Source: Candidatus Poribacteria bacterium
Lineage (GTDB): Bacteria > Poribacteria > WGA-4E > WGA-3G
Length of the DNA stretch: 64,000 nt
Direction of reading: 5' to 3'
Assembly: GCA_965215265.1 (NCBI GenBank)
Contig: OZ244048.1
Location: 1,952,001-2,016,000, forward strand
Shown here: positions 1 through 10,068 of the stretch, piece after piece
Position numbering within the stretch: position 1 is the stretch's first letter
How the letters are laid out: every line of letters begins with the position of its first letter
Program-made: the position numbers and the translations under genes
Notes under the pieces: model-generated
Database searches by the model: none
What the model saw: the letters and a program-made list of their open reading frames with translations, nothing else
Told to the model about the DNA's origin: nothing

Positions 1-1
1 C

Positions 2-520
2 GGGGAGATGACCACGGCCTACTTGACGATGCGGCTCTTCCAACCCGATTTTGTCACAGAGACACGTCGGTTCGATTTGATTTTGGAAGCCGTCCAGCAG
101 GGCGAGGTTGATGCCGGCCTCATCATTCACGAAGGGCAGCTGACTTACGAACGCGAAGGGTTGCATAAAATCGTTGATTTGGGCGAGTGGTGGTATCAGG
201 AAACCGGCTTACCCCTTCCCCTTGGCGCGAACGTCATTCGCCGTGACCTCGGTGAAGAGAAAATTCATCAGTTAACGCGCTTGCTAAAACAGAGCATTGA
301 ATATTCCTTAGCGCATCGTGAACGTGGACTTGAATACGCGATGACGTATGCACGGGACATGGAAACGACTCTCGCTGACCGGTTTGTCGGCATGTATGTG
401 AATGATTATACAGTAGATTACGGTGAAAAGGGTAGAGCGGCGGTGCGGGAGTTGCTCGGCCGTGGGCATCAAGCCGGGATAATCCCCCAGCGAGTTCATG
501 TTGATTTTGTGACGGTTTGA
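2..520 (+). CDS. mqnD: 1,4-dihydroxy-6-naphthoate synthase (futalosine pathway), 5'-truncated by window edge
   Basis: TTAYL, DAGLIIHEGQLTY, DLGEWWYQETGLPLPLG and MYVNDYT motifs typical of MqnD; frame open to window start. Confidence 0.9.
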   Translation, partial: GEMTTAYLTMRLFQPDFVTETRRFDLILEAVQQGEVDAGLIIHEGQLTYEREGLHKIVDLGEWWYQETGLPLPLGANVIRRDLGEEKIHQLTRLLKQSIEYSLAHRERGLEYAMTYARDMETTLADRFVGMYVNDYTVDYGEKGRAAVRELLGRGHQAGIIPQRVHVDFVTV

Positions 521-553
521 AGACTTGTTGTTGTCAGGAATTTCTGATTTTGG

Positions 554-778
554 TTGGGAGAATTAATGATGGACGGGAAACGCCGCCGAACCTTTCAATT
601 GGAATCCGCGAGCGGTGAAAAATTGGCATCCGGAGTTCTATATGATGAAGGCAATGTGCAAGTCTTGTGGCGTTCGGACATCGGGTACACGGCGGAGCAG
701 TATTCGTCACTGAGTCTGGTTTTGAATTTGATGCCGGGAATTGCGGTGCTGCGTTTATCGGAGGGATGCCCTTCCTGA
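554..778 (+). CDS. small hypothetical protein (start probably ATG 566/569)
   Basis: GGGAG SD before ATGATG; directly follows mqnD; protein-like composition. Confidence 0.55.
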   Translation: MGELMMDGKRRRTFQLESASGEKLASGVLYDEGNVQVLWRSDIGYTAEQYSSLSLVLNLMPGIAVLRLSEGCPS

Positions 779-917
779 TACTTGCTGTTTTGGGCTCGTG
801 GAATCTACCTCCTAATCGCGATGCCTGTTTCAATTATCTGTTTGTAAGGGCGAGCTCCCGATCGCGATACCGATTTTCGACACGATAAACCGGAATTTAT
901 AGGTAACAATAAGCTAC

Positions 918-1793
918 CTAACGCAGTCGCCGATCTGCTAACTTGATAATCTGCCCGGTCTCTTGTGCAATATACATATAACCGAGACCATCCAGTACAA
1001 CCCCTTCCTGCTCCTCGCCGGGTAATAGGTATTGGCTCAGAATGGTGCCGTCCGGTTTGAGCTCTACCAGAAGGTTTGTTGTGTCGCTAATCAGGACGAG
1101 GCACTCGGCGCGCGTATCGTAGGCAAGCCCGGAGATATCAATGAAATTCATCTGATGGAACCGGATAATAGTTCCTTCGGCACTACGCGTCTGTGATGAA
1201 CGCAGCGGCACAAGGACTTCACAGACAACCGACGGCTCATCCTTCGGCTTGAGACTAAACGATTGATTGCCAACCCAAAAGGTACCACCTTCTGGATGCG
1301 ATGTGTTCGGTATAAAAGCGATTGCCTCGATACCCATCCCGCCTTTTTTTAGGAGTGTTTCGCTTTCAAACTCTCGGTTGATTCTGAATTCCCTCTGAAT
1401 AGAGAGTGTATCCGGGTCTATTTCCAAGATGACTTCGTCATCTTCAACCGCGGCGTATAGCCAACCTGTATTCGGATTAATGGTGATTCCTTCCATGTCA
1501 CGTTCGTTCAACATTTTTGATTGAACAAGCATCCCATTTATGGTCCGGATTTCATGAAGACTGCCAGAATCATCAACAACAAATAGACTGCGCCGTGTTG
1601 GATGATAAGTGATACCGGAGGGTTCAGCGATGTGTGCCTTTGTGATATTACCCAGCCAGTTATAGGGGAGTTCAATAGGGCGAGAGCCTGCAGTCTTTTT
1701 TGTGACTGACTGCTCTATCTGGACAAGAGAATAGACGAGGGCGGCACTGACAGTTATTATCAAAATGATGATCAGTGTTTTATTATAGGACAT
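918..1793 (-). CDS. SdiA-regulated/YjiK-like beta-propeller protein with N-terminal membrane anchor
   Basis: EPSGITY, DMEGIT, GIEAIAF, DISGLAY, EQEGV repeats; hydrophobic N-terminus. Confidence 0.8.
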   Translation of the reverse strand: MSYNKTLIIILIITVSAALVYSLVQIEQSVTKKTAGSRPIELPYNWLGNITKAHIAEPSGITYHPTRRSLFVVDDSGSLHEIRTINGMLVQSKMLNERDMEGITINPNTGWLYAAVEDDEVILEIDPDTLSIQREFRINREFESETLLKKGGMGIEAIAFIPNTSHPEGGTFWVGNQSFSLKPKDEPSVVCEVLVPLRSSQTRSAEGTIIRFHQMNFIDISGLAYDTRAECLVLISDTTNLLVELKPDGTILSQYLLPGEEQEGVVLDGLGYMYIAQETGQIIKLADRRLR

Positions 1794-1957
1794 TGAAGCA
1801 CCTCTACATGACTTGTTATGGTAACGGTACTGTTTGTTAAGGTTTATTCCTGAGTGCTATTTCTATTTTATCATATTTTATGGAATTAGCCAAAGAAATC
1901 TTCGGCGAAAGACGTTGCTAAATGGGCTCCCTGAAGCACCGTTTTTCGTATTTTTAT

Positions 1958-1986
1958 TTGACATAGTGGTTATTAGATGGTATACT
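1958..1986 (+). promoter_or_regulatory. sigma70-type promoter
   Basis: TTGACA-N17-TATACT upstream of AGGAG SD and ATG 2010. Confidence 0.8.
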
Positions 1987-2009
1987 AATTTGAAAGAAGG
2001 AGCAGCCTT

Positions 2010-3425
2010 ATGTCGAACATGCCGAGGTTAGTCGTTGAAGTCTTTGAACATGTGAATTTTCAGGGACGGAAAGTGACGCTGATTGAGTCAATTTCAAATA
2101 CAGCGGAAATTGGGGCGCAAGATATTATCTCCTCGATCAAGATTTACAAGGGCCCGGGGTTCAATGCGTCGCCAAATTATAAAGCGATTTTTCATGAGCA
2201 TGAGAGTTATAGGGGGCGTAGGCTCGTGTTAGCACCTGGGTTCTACCCCAACATTCACGAGATTCCATACAACTTCGGGGATGCGATTACTTCGATCAGT
2301 TTCAGTCCATCTGCTCATCCGACACCACCAGAATACGGTGCTGTGCCGGTTATCATTGAAGTCTTTCACGATATTGACTACAGCGGGCAACGGAGCGTGA
2401 TCATGCGGGATGTCAGTTCAATGTTTGACATCGGTATGAACGATACGATTTCGTCTATTCGGATCCAGCGTGGGCCGAGTTTCCCGTTTAGCGGATGCCA
2501 TGTGATCTTCTATGAGCACGTAAATTTTGAAGGGCGGCGACTCAGTCTTACTTTGAGCTCGCAGGAGTTCCGCTTAGCACTCCGGAATCTGCGTTCGCTA
2601 CCGCATTCCCAATCGTTTTCAGATATTATTTCCTCTTTAAAGATTGTGCCGTTAGGTGTTTTCCGCGTTTTGATTGTCGTTGGGGATAGCATGAGCGGGG
2701 AACCTGCAGTATTGGAATCGCTAACTACGCTGGAAGGGTTGGAATTCCAATTTACCACGGTGCATATCAATGATAACCCGGACAACCGGGGCGATGCCAA
2801 CAATGCTATAAAACTTTCAAGCGTGACGTTTTCCGAGTACGATATCATTTGGTTCACATGGAATGCGCCCGGACACGATGGCGAATATTTCGTTGAAGAT
2901 GCCGATGAGGCGGTTCGCGATTTTGTTCGGAAGGGGGGTATCGTATGGGCTTCTGCTATGGATAACAATATCATACCGCCGGATGGTGTTCGTACAACAG
3001 AACCAAGTTGGCGCGGTGAGTGGCTACCCGTTGACCGGCACCCGATCCGGGTTACGAATTCTAATGACTGTAACATTACGGTAACTGAGGATGGGCAAAA
3101 AACCGGACTGTTTACCTGGCCTCATAAAATTAACGTTGATACGCTGGTTACCGATGATCATTGGGTGACGAACGACTCCAGTTATCGCAAATTAGCAGTT
3201 AGAGAGGATAATGGGGATGCTGTCAGTATTCAATTGCAGTGGGGCGAGGGCTACTACGTTACGTTTGCTGTGGATACCCGTGATGCGTACCGGACCGCGA
3301 TAGCCAAACCGCTCATTGAAAATGCCCTCTGTTACTTAGCCAATCTTGCTTGGCAGACCTCGCCACGACAACCCCTCAAAGGACGATATCGGACACAACA
3401 TAGTAGCAACACGATATTCCGTTAA
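2010..3425 (+). CDS. beta/gamma-crystallin domain protein (4 Greek-key motifs) fused to a class I glutamine-amidotransferase-like domain
   Basis: FEHVNFQG/HEHESYRG/FHDIDYSG/YEHVNFEG paired with DIISSIK/DAITSIS/DTISSIR/DIISSLK; C-terminal YDIIWF...VRDFVRKGG. Confidence 0.8.
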   Translation: MSNMPRLVVEVFEHVNFQGRKVTLIESISNTAEIGAQDIISSIKIYKGPGFNASPNYKAIFHEHESYRGRRLVLAPGFYPNIHEIPYNFGDAITSISFSPSAHPTPPEYGAVPVIIEVFHDIDYSGQRSVIMRDVSSMFDIGMNDTISSIRIQRGPSFPFSGCHVIFYEHVNFEGRRLSLTLSSQEFRLALRNLRSLPHSQSFSDIISSLKIVPLGVFRVLIVVGDSMSGEPAVLESLTTLEGLEFQFTTVHINDNPDNRGDANNAIKLSSVTFSEYDIIWFTWNAPGHDGEYFVEDADEAVRDFVRKGGIVWASAMDNNIIPPDGVRTTEPSWRGEWLPVDRHPIRVTNSNDCNITVTEDGQKTGLFTWPHKINVDTLVTDDHWVTNDSSYRKLAVREDNGDAVSIQLQWGEGYYVTFAVDTRDAYRTAIAKPLIENALCYLANLAWQTSPRQPLKGRYRTQHSSNTIFR

Positions 3426-3618
3426 CATTCATGTTCCTTCACAATGGGCTTGCTATATGTACTCGCGGGTTTCGCAAAATCGGGGCTGAAGTCATAGGAG
3501 AACGGCTTTTTTTCTCTGAGCAGCGTTTGGGGGATAGCTGCAGACAGACCTTTTGCCCAGGGGCTACATTGGTTGGTTTGCTTACGTTAACTTTAAAGTT
3601 AGTTTATGGGAGAATTCA

Positions 3619-6183
3619 ATGCGTTTTATTGCTGTTATCGTTTTTTTAATTCTGGTTGCGATTACAATCGGGTACTTCGCGTATGATAACCTGGGCAGCT
3701 TGGCGCAGACGAATCTGATTCGTTGGGTAATCGTTATTGTTTCGGTGTTGTTAGGGCTGCTGATTGCGTTCGCGGTTTCAGTCATCCGGTATCGGATACC
3801 GAAAGCGGATGTTGCGCTCGTTAGAACCGGAGGCTCCCGGGAGAAAATTCGCATCACCGGAGGGCTCTGGCTAAATACTATTCTTCATGAAATCAAGGAG
3901 GTCTCTCTCAACACGATGCGCATTGAGGTGATTCGCGAGGGCCCGGAGGCGTTAATCACCTACGACTTCAACCGTGGCGATGTGGAAGTTGTTTTTTACC
4001 TCAAAGTGGAGCCTGTGGAGGACGAGATCTTGCGTGCGGCACAAGCGCTCGGCGATAAATCAATGACTCCGGAAACTGTGCGTGAATTAATAGAACCCAA
4101 ACTGGAAGGGGCGCTGCGCAGCGTTGCTGCCGAAAGTCAAATCCAAGATCTCCTTCAAAAACGACAAGAATTCGCAGATAAAGTACAAACTGCATGCGGG
4201 GAAGACCTGGAAATACAAAATGGGTTGACGCTTGAGACTGTCTCTATTATACGCGTCGACCAGACACCGGTTGAAACGCTGGATCCGGAGAACCGGTTTG
4301 ACGCGGTCGGTATCCGGGAAATTACTGAAATTACAGCCGAGCAGGAACGCGAAAAGACACGGATTGTTCAAGAAAAAGAGGTGGCAATCGCTCAAATTGA
4401 GATGGATGCACGCGTCCGGAAACTTGAGATCGAACAGGAACAGTCCTGGGCAGAATCCGACCAGCAGAAAAATATTGCTGTTTATGCCGCCGAACGGGAG
4501 GCGGAAACTCTCAAAGTTCAATATGAGATGGAACAGAGTATCGAAGAGAGTCGATATCAGAAGGAGAGAGAGGTTGAACGTGCACGTATCGCCCAAGAAC
4601 AGGCCGTCCAAGAACGAGAAATTGAGATGAACCGAGATGTTGAAGTGGCACGCGTCCAACAAGAACAGATTGTCGCTGAACGCGAAATTGAGAAAAATCT
4701 CATCGTTGAAACACAACAGATTGAGCAATCCAAAGTTGTTCAACTCGCCGAGATTGAGCAGCATCTCACCGTGCAACTGCAGAAAATTGCGCAGGAACAG
4801 AGCATTGCTGTTCGCGATATAGAGAAGGAGTTGTTTGTAGAGAAGGCACGTATTGTGCAAGAAGAGGGCGTGATGTTGCGTGATATTGAGCGGGATTTAT
4901 TGGTCCAGACAGAGCGTTTTAGTCAAGAGCAGCAGGTTCAACAGCGTGAGATAGAGAAGAACCTGGTTGTAGAGACAGCACAAATCGATCAGATTCGACA
5001 AGTGGAGTTGGCGGAGATAGCGAAAACGCTTGCGATAGAGATAACGCGGGTTGCGCAAGAACAACAGGTAGAGACGCGTGAGATAGAGAAGGAGTTGTTT
5101 GTAGAGAAGGCACGTATTGTGCAAGAAGAGGGCGTGATGTTGCGTGATATTGAGCGGGATTTATTGGTTCAGACAGAGCGTTTTAGTCAAGAGCAACAGG
5201 TTCAACAGCGTGAGATAGAGAAGAACCTGGTTGTGGAGACAGCACAAATCGACCAGATGCGGCAAGTAGAGCTGGCAGAGATAGCGAAAACGCTTGCGAT
5301 AGAGATAACGCGGGTTGCGCAAGAACAACAGGTAGAGACGCGTGAGATAGAGAAGGAGTTGTTTGTAGAGAAGGCACGTATTGTGCAAGAAGAGGGCGTG
5401 ATGTTGCGTGATATTGAGCGGGATTTATTGGTTCAGACAGAGCGTTTTAGTCAAGAGCAACAGGTTCAACAGCGTGAGATAGAGAAGAACCTGGTTGTGG
5501 AGACAGCACAAATCGACCAGATGCGGCAAGTAGAGCTGGCAGAGATAGCCAAAATGTTAACGGTGGAACAATCCCGGATAAGCCAGGAATTGCGTGTGAC
5601 GTTGAGTGATGAAGATAGGAAAATTGACGTTGCCAATAAACAGCAGTTGACAGCACTTGCCGAGAAAGAGCAGTTGATTGCAGAGGCTGAACGAATGGGT
5701 GCCGAAGTGGACGTGACTGCAACGGAACAGCGCAAAGAGGCGGAGTGGCAGCGCGAAGTTGCAATCATCGGGGCAGAGGCACAGGCGCAGCCTATTGAAC
5801 GTCTCGCCGATGCAGTACTTGCTGAGGCGCGTGCGAAGGCACAGGGTGAGATGGCAGAGTACGAGGCGCGGAACGTTGCTGAGCAACGGGTTCTAGTACA
5901 GGAAGCCATCATGGAGCTCATTGACGAGCTCCCGGATATTGTTGAGGAAATGATGAGACCTGTTGAGAAAATCGACAGCATTAAAATTTTGGATATGGGA
6001 GGCAATGATGGACAAGGCGGTGTCAACCGCAGCAATATGGGACGTCTCGCGAATGCGTTGCTTGATACCGGGGCGATTTCACCGATGTTAAAGGAATTGT
6101 TCAACTTTGCAGATGTTGACGCGCAACAGATTACAGATAAAATCGCCGAATATCTCGCTGACTTGGTTAATCGTCCCAATTAA
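3619..6183 (+). CDS. flotillin/SPFH (YqiK-like) protein with expanded coiled coil
   Basis: two N-terminal TM helices, ALVRTG, FYLKV, LEGALRSVAA, NRFDAVG, PVEKIDSIKI; GGGAG SD before ATG 3619. Confidence 0.9.
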   Translation: MRFIAVIVFLILVAITIGYFAYDNLGSLAQTNLIRWVIVIVSVLLGLLIAFAVSVIRYRIPKADVALVRTGGSREKIRITGGLWLNTILHEIKEVSLNTMRIEVIREGPEALITYDFNRGDVEVVFYLKVEPVEDEILRAAQALGDKSMTPETVRELIEPKLEGALRSVAAESQIQDLLQKRQEFADKVQTACGEDLEIQNGLTLETVSIIRVDQTPVETLDPENRFDAVGIREITEITAEQEREKTRIVQEKEVAIAQIEMDARVRKLEIEQEQSWAESDQQKNIAVYAAEREAETLKVQYEMEQSIEESRYQKEREVERARIAQEQAVQEREIEMNRDVEVARVQQEQIVAEREIEKNLIVETQQIEQSKVVQLAEIEQHLTVQLQKIAQEQSIAVRDIEKELFVEKARIVQEEGVMLRDIERDLLVQTERFSQEQQVQQREIEKNLVVETAQIDQIRQVELAEIAKTLAIEITRVAQEQQVETREIEKELFVEKARIVQEEGVMLRDIERDLLVQTERFSQEQQVQQREIEKNLVVETAQIDQMRQVELAEIAKTLAIEITRVAQEQQVETREIEKELFVEKARIVQEEGVMLRDIERDLLVQTERFSQEQQVQQREIEKNLVVETAQIDQMRQVELAEIAKMLTVEQSRISQELRVTLSDEDRKIDVANKQQLTALAEKEQLIAEAERMGAEVDVTATEQRKEAEWQREVAIIGAEAQAQPIERLADAVLAEARAKAQGEMAEYEARNVAEQRVLVQEAIMELIDELPDIVEEMMRPVEKIDSIKILDMGGNDGQGGVNRSNMGRLANALLDTGAISPMLKELFNFADVDAQQITDKIAEYLADLVNRPN
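4819..5549 (+). repeat. intragenic tandem repeat, 264-bp (88-aa) unit, about 2.8 copies
   Basis: ATAGAGAAGGAGTTGTTTGTAG starts at 4819, 5083 and 5347; copies near-identical. Confidence 0.95.
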
Positions 6184-6284
6184 CTTGAGCGGCACGAGGA
6201 ACTCAAGACGTTGTGGGAGGAATGGGGAGCACGTTAAGAGAGACGCATTATTGAACCTTAAATTCTCTTTGGAACCATTAACCG

Positions 6285-7589
6285 ATGCGACATCAAAAAC
6301 GCCTAACCGCACGAAAACGCCCCAGACGGCAACGCTGCCGGACGTGTCGTTCTGATAACGGCAAACGCATCTGTCCGGCGCTCAACGGTATGTTAATCTG
6401 TCCTGAATGCTGTCGAGCAAAACGCGCTAAGATTCCTGGCTGCGACGAGAGGTGCCGGTACTACGCTCCGCTCATTGTCGAAAGCAAGACGCATAGCCCA
6501 TCTAATTTCCCGATGCATAGGTGTCTTGTGAGTCGCTCAGTGGATACCGGCATGTTAATCGTCGTAGGCACGCGTAAACGTCCAGATGGGAACCTGAAAG
6601 CGATGTTTCTTCTGCTTGACCTCTGGAAAAAGGGCATCCGGGACTGTTTTTTTGATGCGAAGCTCTCTGAAAAACAGTTTGAGCGCGTGGCGCAAAAAAT
6701 TGGCAAAATTTACAATTTAATGGAATATGCAGATCTGGACGACACGGACGAAAAAGAGACAGCGGCAGTGCCGGTAGATATTCGTATGCCAAAAGATACG
6801 CTTGTTATTGAAGCAGATGCTGCTGTACACCTTGACAAAGGGGTCCGGACCGTTGAGCATGAAGGTGCGTCTGGTAGAAAAGCGATTGATAGCCTGAGAG
6901 GCGCGCGTGCAATACACGAAATCTATATTCCCAAAACAGGAAGATGGTACGTCTGGTTACGCGTGTTGTTTGACGGGGGCGGAAAAGATTCGTATTGGGT
7001 CGGTATGGACGACGCGGTGCCACACCCGTGGAACCAAGAAGGGGGGCCCGGTGCCATTAAAATTTATGCAGAACCTGACGACTCAAAAAAATGGGGACGC
7101 TGGCTGTGGGATTCTGGCGTAGACAATATCCATGGTGTCAGTCCGTGTTTTTTTCAGGTAAAACGGACGGGGTACTATCAACTCTGGTCGAAGGGCAGGG
7201 AGCCCGGCTCTCGCTTAGACCAGATCTGTCTGACACGTTCTCGAAATTTTAATCCGGAAACAGCGTCGGATGGAAAACCGCTGCCAATTATGCGGGCACC
7301 GCATCCTTACGAACCAATTTCCGTTCATGAATGCCAAAAACTCATCCGCCATGCCGTTGACATTGCAACCGCTGTTAAAACCGAGTTGCCTTGGGAATTT
7401 CAATACTGGGTCCGCGATATGTGGGGGGATATCTCCGAATTTCCTAAAACGGAAGGTTCTCTCTACAAGTGCCCGAAGTGTGGTGAAGAAATTCCCAAAC
7501 AAGCAGTTGAACTGATGATACAACACGCGCAATCGGATGATATTCAATTTTACATCTTATGCCGAAAATGCGGCGGCGAATTTGATTAA
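6285..7589 (+). CDS. Cys-rich zinc-finger protein with an inserted carbohydrate-binding-like beta-sandwich
   Basis: N-terminal CRTC/CPECC/CDERC, C-terminal CPKC...CRKC; central YVWLRV, DSYWV, GREPGSRLDQICLT. Confidence 0.65.
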   Translation: MRHQKRLTARKRPRRQRCRTCRSDNGKRICPALNGMLICPECCRAKRAKIPGCDERCRYYAPLIVESKTHSPSNFPMHRCLVSRSVDTGMLIVVGTRKRPDGNLKAMFLLLDLWKKGIRDCFFDAKLSEKQFERVAQKIGKIYNLMEYADLDDTDEKETAAVPVDIRMPKDTLVIEADAAVHLDKGVRTVEHEGASGRKAIDSLRGARAIHEIYIPKTGRWYVWLRVLFDGGGKDSYWVGMDDAVPHPWNQEGGPGAIKIYAEPDDSKKWGRWLWDSGVDNIHGVSPCFFQVKRTGYYQLWSKGREPGSRLDQICLTRSRNFNPETASDGKPLPIMRAPHPYEPISVHECQKLIRHAVDIATAVKTELPWEFQYWVRDMWGDISEFPKTEGSLYKCPKCGEEIPKQAVELMIQHAQSDDIQFYILCRKCGGEFD

Positions 7590-7677
7590 AGTCAGCTAAA
7601 TTTCATGTGTACAACTTGGACTGTAGAGCGCGTCAGAGCGTTGCCTTAGTTATTTTAGTAAGGTTTTGTATATCGGT

Positions 7678-9831
7678 ATGTGTCGTACCCTCCTGATTAT
7701 AAGTCTAATCCTCTTTACGCACCTCTGCATCGCCTGCATCGCCGCGCCACCGAACCCTTACCGTTTTTTTGATGTCGATGCAGTGACAGGTAAATTGGAA
7801 CCCAAGTCTCCCGAAAGTGCGGCTAAATTCTTAGAGGCACTGGATGGCTGCTGCTTTGCCGCGCCGCAGCGCAGCTTACAGCCCGATGGTGTTGAGTATG
7901 TGCTTGCACTAAAAGTGGATTTTGTTGATATGCCCGGGCGTAGAAGTGGTGCGGAATTAACACGATACCTTTTTGATACAGAAGGTGTCTCCTTGAAAAC
8001 CTACTATTGGGAGAATTCTTATGGCCAGATGGATGTTCAATCAGGTCCGCTTGGTGGTGTTATCCCAGCAGGCAATGAGTGGATACGTGCGAAAAAACCG
8101 ATGAGTTATTATGGCGAGGGTGCTGGCGTTAACGTCATCCGCAGTCAAGAATTGGTGCGTGAGGTGTGTGAAGCCGTGGATGCAAGCGTCGATTTTTCCC
8201 AGTATGACCGCGACAAGGATGGAGTCGTCGATCACGTTTTCATCATCCATTCGGGGAATGACAATGCAGCGTCTGCTGTGCCTGAGGACATCTGGTCGGT
8301 TTTAACGCCGGGTATTAATCTGGAACTTGATGGGGTACTCATTGAGACTGCTGTTCTGGTTGCTGAGGAGCCCGATTTTGAGAAACCGCATTTGGGCATC
8401 TATTTCCACGAATTTTTTCACGATTTCGGCGCGCCAGATATTTACGGACTGAATTTCACCGATGCCCGCGACCACAAGTGGGGACTGATGGGCGCGTTCG
8501 GCCCCTATCAGGGGCCTGAGGTACTTGGATTGGGCAACGGTTTAGCCCCTAGTCATATCATGGGCTATCTTAAATGGGATTTTGATGCTCGTCCTGAGAA
8601 TGGTCGTGTCGGATGGATTGAACCTGTTACGATCACACAAAATCAGAGTATCTCTATTCCGAGTTTTGAGCTTCCTCCGAAAACCGACAAACTTTTCAAA
8701 ATTGATGTCACTAAACCCGCTGCCGGGTTTGAAAAACTGTCCTTACCCGGTGCGTCTGAATTTTTCCTCATAGAAAATCGTTACAAAGCCTCAGGCGCGA
8801 CGTTTGATACCTACTTGCCAGAATCTGGTATTCTGATATGGCATATTGATGAAACGCGTGTGCGGCCCCTTGGCAGCTTTGATGCCTCGGAACAGATTTG
8901 GCTTGAAGATCCGACAGATCCGGAACACATCGGAATCTCAGATCCCGTGACGAAGTTTATAGATATTCAGAGCATTACGAACGGTGCAGCTTACTCAGCT
9001 GACGATGGCCAGACTTCTTTTACCCCTGGAAGTTTGCCTAATAGCAACGCTAACGATGGAACTGTAACCGGCATCTCAATTACTAATATCGGGCATGAGG
9101 GGTTCACTGTTCCTCTGCGGGTGTCGTTTGGGGATACATACGAGCCCAACGATACGTTCGCAAGTGCGTTTCCGCTCAGATATGGGCAGCTGTACGAATC
9201 CTTTCTGTTTGATACAAGTGATATGCGCGATATCTACCAGTTGGAAGTTATCAAAGGTGTCACGATTCGGGTGACACTCGCTGATGTTCCATTCGGACAG
9301 GAATACCGCCTATTTCTCGTTAAAGGGGTAGGGGAAATTATACAAGAAACCTATTTAGATATTCCTGATTCTGTTCGTGCGACACCTCTCACCGATACTG
9401 TTGGACTTCAACTGATTTATCAGCCTGATGTTACAGGTACATTCTACATTGTCATAGAATCCGATAGCGGCTTCAGCAGTGTTGATTCTTACCTATTGCA
9501 GGTGGAGCAGTTAGAGGCGGGGGCTTTCGCCTTGTCGGAACTTCGGATTTATCCGAATCCGCTGCGCGTCGGTGATGGCATGATGAAGTTTGAATATCGG
9601 CTCGCTGCGTCCCAAACTGCGGATACTGTCAAACTTGAGATTTTTAGTCTCGCTGGGGATATGGTTTATAGTGAGACACATCGGGATGTCTTTTCACCTG
9701 GGACGTTCGAGTGGCAGGCCGTAACGCGGCAGGGCAGTCCGATTGCAGCGGGCATCTACATTTACCGAATCTCTGCGATACAAGCGGATATAAGCGGGCA
9801 ACAGATTGGCAAGGTGAGTATTCTCAAATAA
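7678..9831 (+). CDS. secreted M6-family (immune inhibitor A-like) metalloprotease with PPC-like and FlgD/CTD-like C-terminal domains
   Basis: signal peptide, YDRDKDGVVDH, HEFFHDFGAPDIY zinc motif, EFFLIENR, GILIWHIDE, DTYEPND, YPNP...GIYIYRI. Confidence 0.85.
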   Translation: MCRTLLIISLILFTHLCIACIAAPPNPYRFFDVDAVTGKLEPKSPESAAKFLEALDGCCFAAPQRSLQPDGVEYVLALKVDFVDMPGRRSGAELTRYLFDTEGVSLKTYYWENSYGQMDVQSGPLGGVIPAGNEWIRAKKPMSYYGEGAGVNVIRSQELVREVCEAVDASVDFSQYDRDKDGVVDHVFIIHSGNDNAASAVPEDIWSVLTPGINLELDGVLIETAVLVAEEPDFEKPHLGIYFHEFFHDFGAPDIYGLNFTDARDHKWGLMGAFGPYQGPEVLGLGNGLAPSHIMGYLKWDFDARPENGRVGWIEPVTITQNQSISIPSFELPPKTDKLFKIDVTKPAAGFEKLSLPGASEFFLIENRYKASGATFDTYLPESGILIWHIDETRVRPLGSFDASEQIWLEDPTDPEHIGISDPVTKFIDIQSITNGAAYSADDGQTSFTPGSLPNSNANDGTVTGISITNIGHEGFTVPLRVSFGDTYEPNDTFASAFPLRYGQLYESFLFDTSDMRDIYQLEVIKGVTIRVTLADVPFGQEYRLFLVKGVGEIIQETYLDIPDSVRATPLTDTVGLQLIYQPDVTGTFYIVIESDSGFSSVDSYLLQVEQLEAGAFALSELRIYPNPLRVGDGMMKFEYRLAASQTADTVKLEIFSLAGDMVYSETHRDVFSPGTFEWQAVTRQGSPIAAGIYIYRISAIQADISGQQIGKVSILK

Positions 9832-9927
9832 TGCCCCGGTAGGTACCAACGTCTTCTTGTAAAAGACATGACACGCACAAAAACTGGCGTGCTAAATCCG
9901 CTTTATTGCTTTCTGCAAGAAAAAAAA

Positions 9928-9956
9928 TTGACTAAAAACTGCAATTATGATAATTT
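9928..9956 (+). promoter_or_regulatory. probable sigma70 promoter
   Basis: TTGACT-N17-TAATTT with TG extension and upstream A-tract. Confidence 0.5.
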
Positions 9957-10068
9957 AAAGGAAAGCCGTTTGGCATACGCATTAAAAGTCGGGGCGGACG
10001 GTGCGTGTTGTGCAACTTATTGTTATATCCGCCCGAAGTGAATTATAAACAAGGAGGCAATATTATCA

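Noticed and set aside
4819-5549. CRISPR-like or mobile repeat
   Set aside because: Contiguous in-frame 264-bp coding repeats with no spacers and no cas genes
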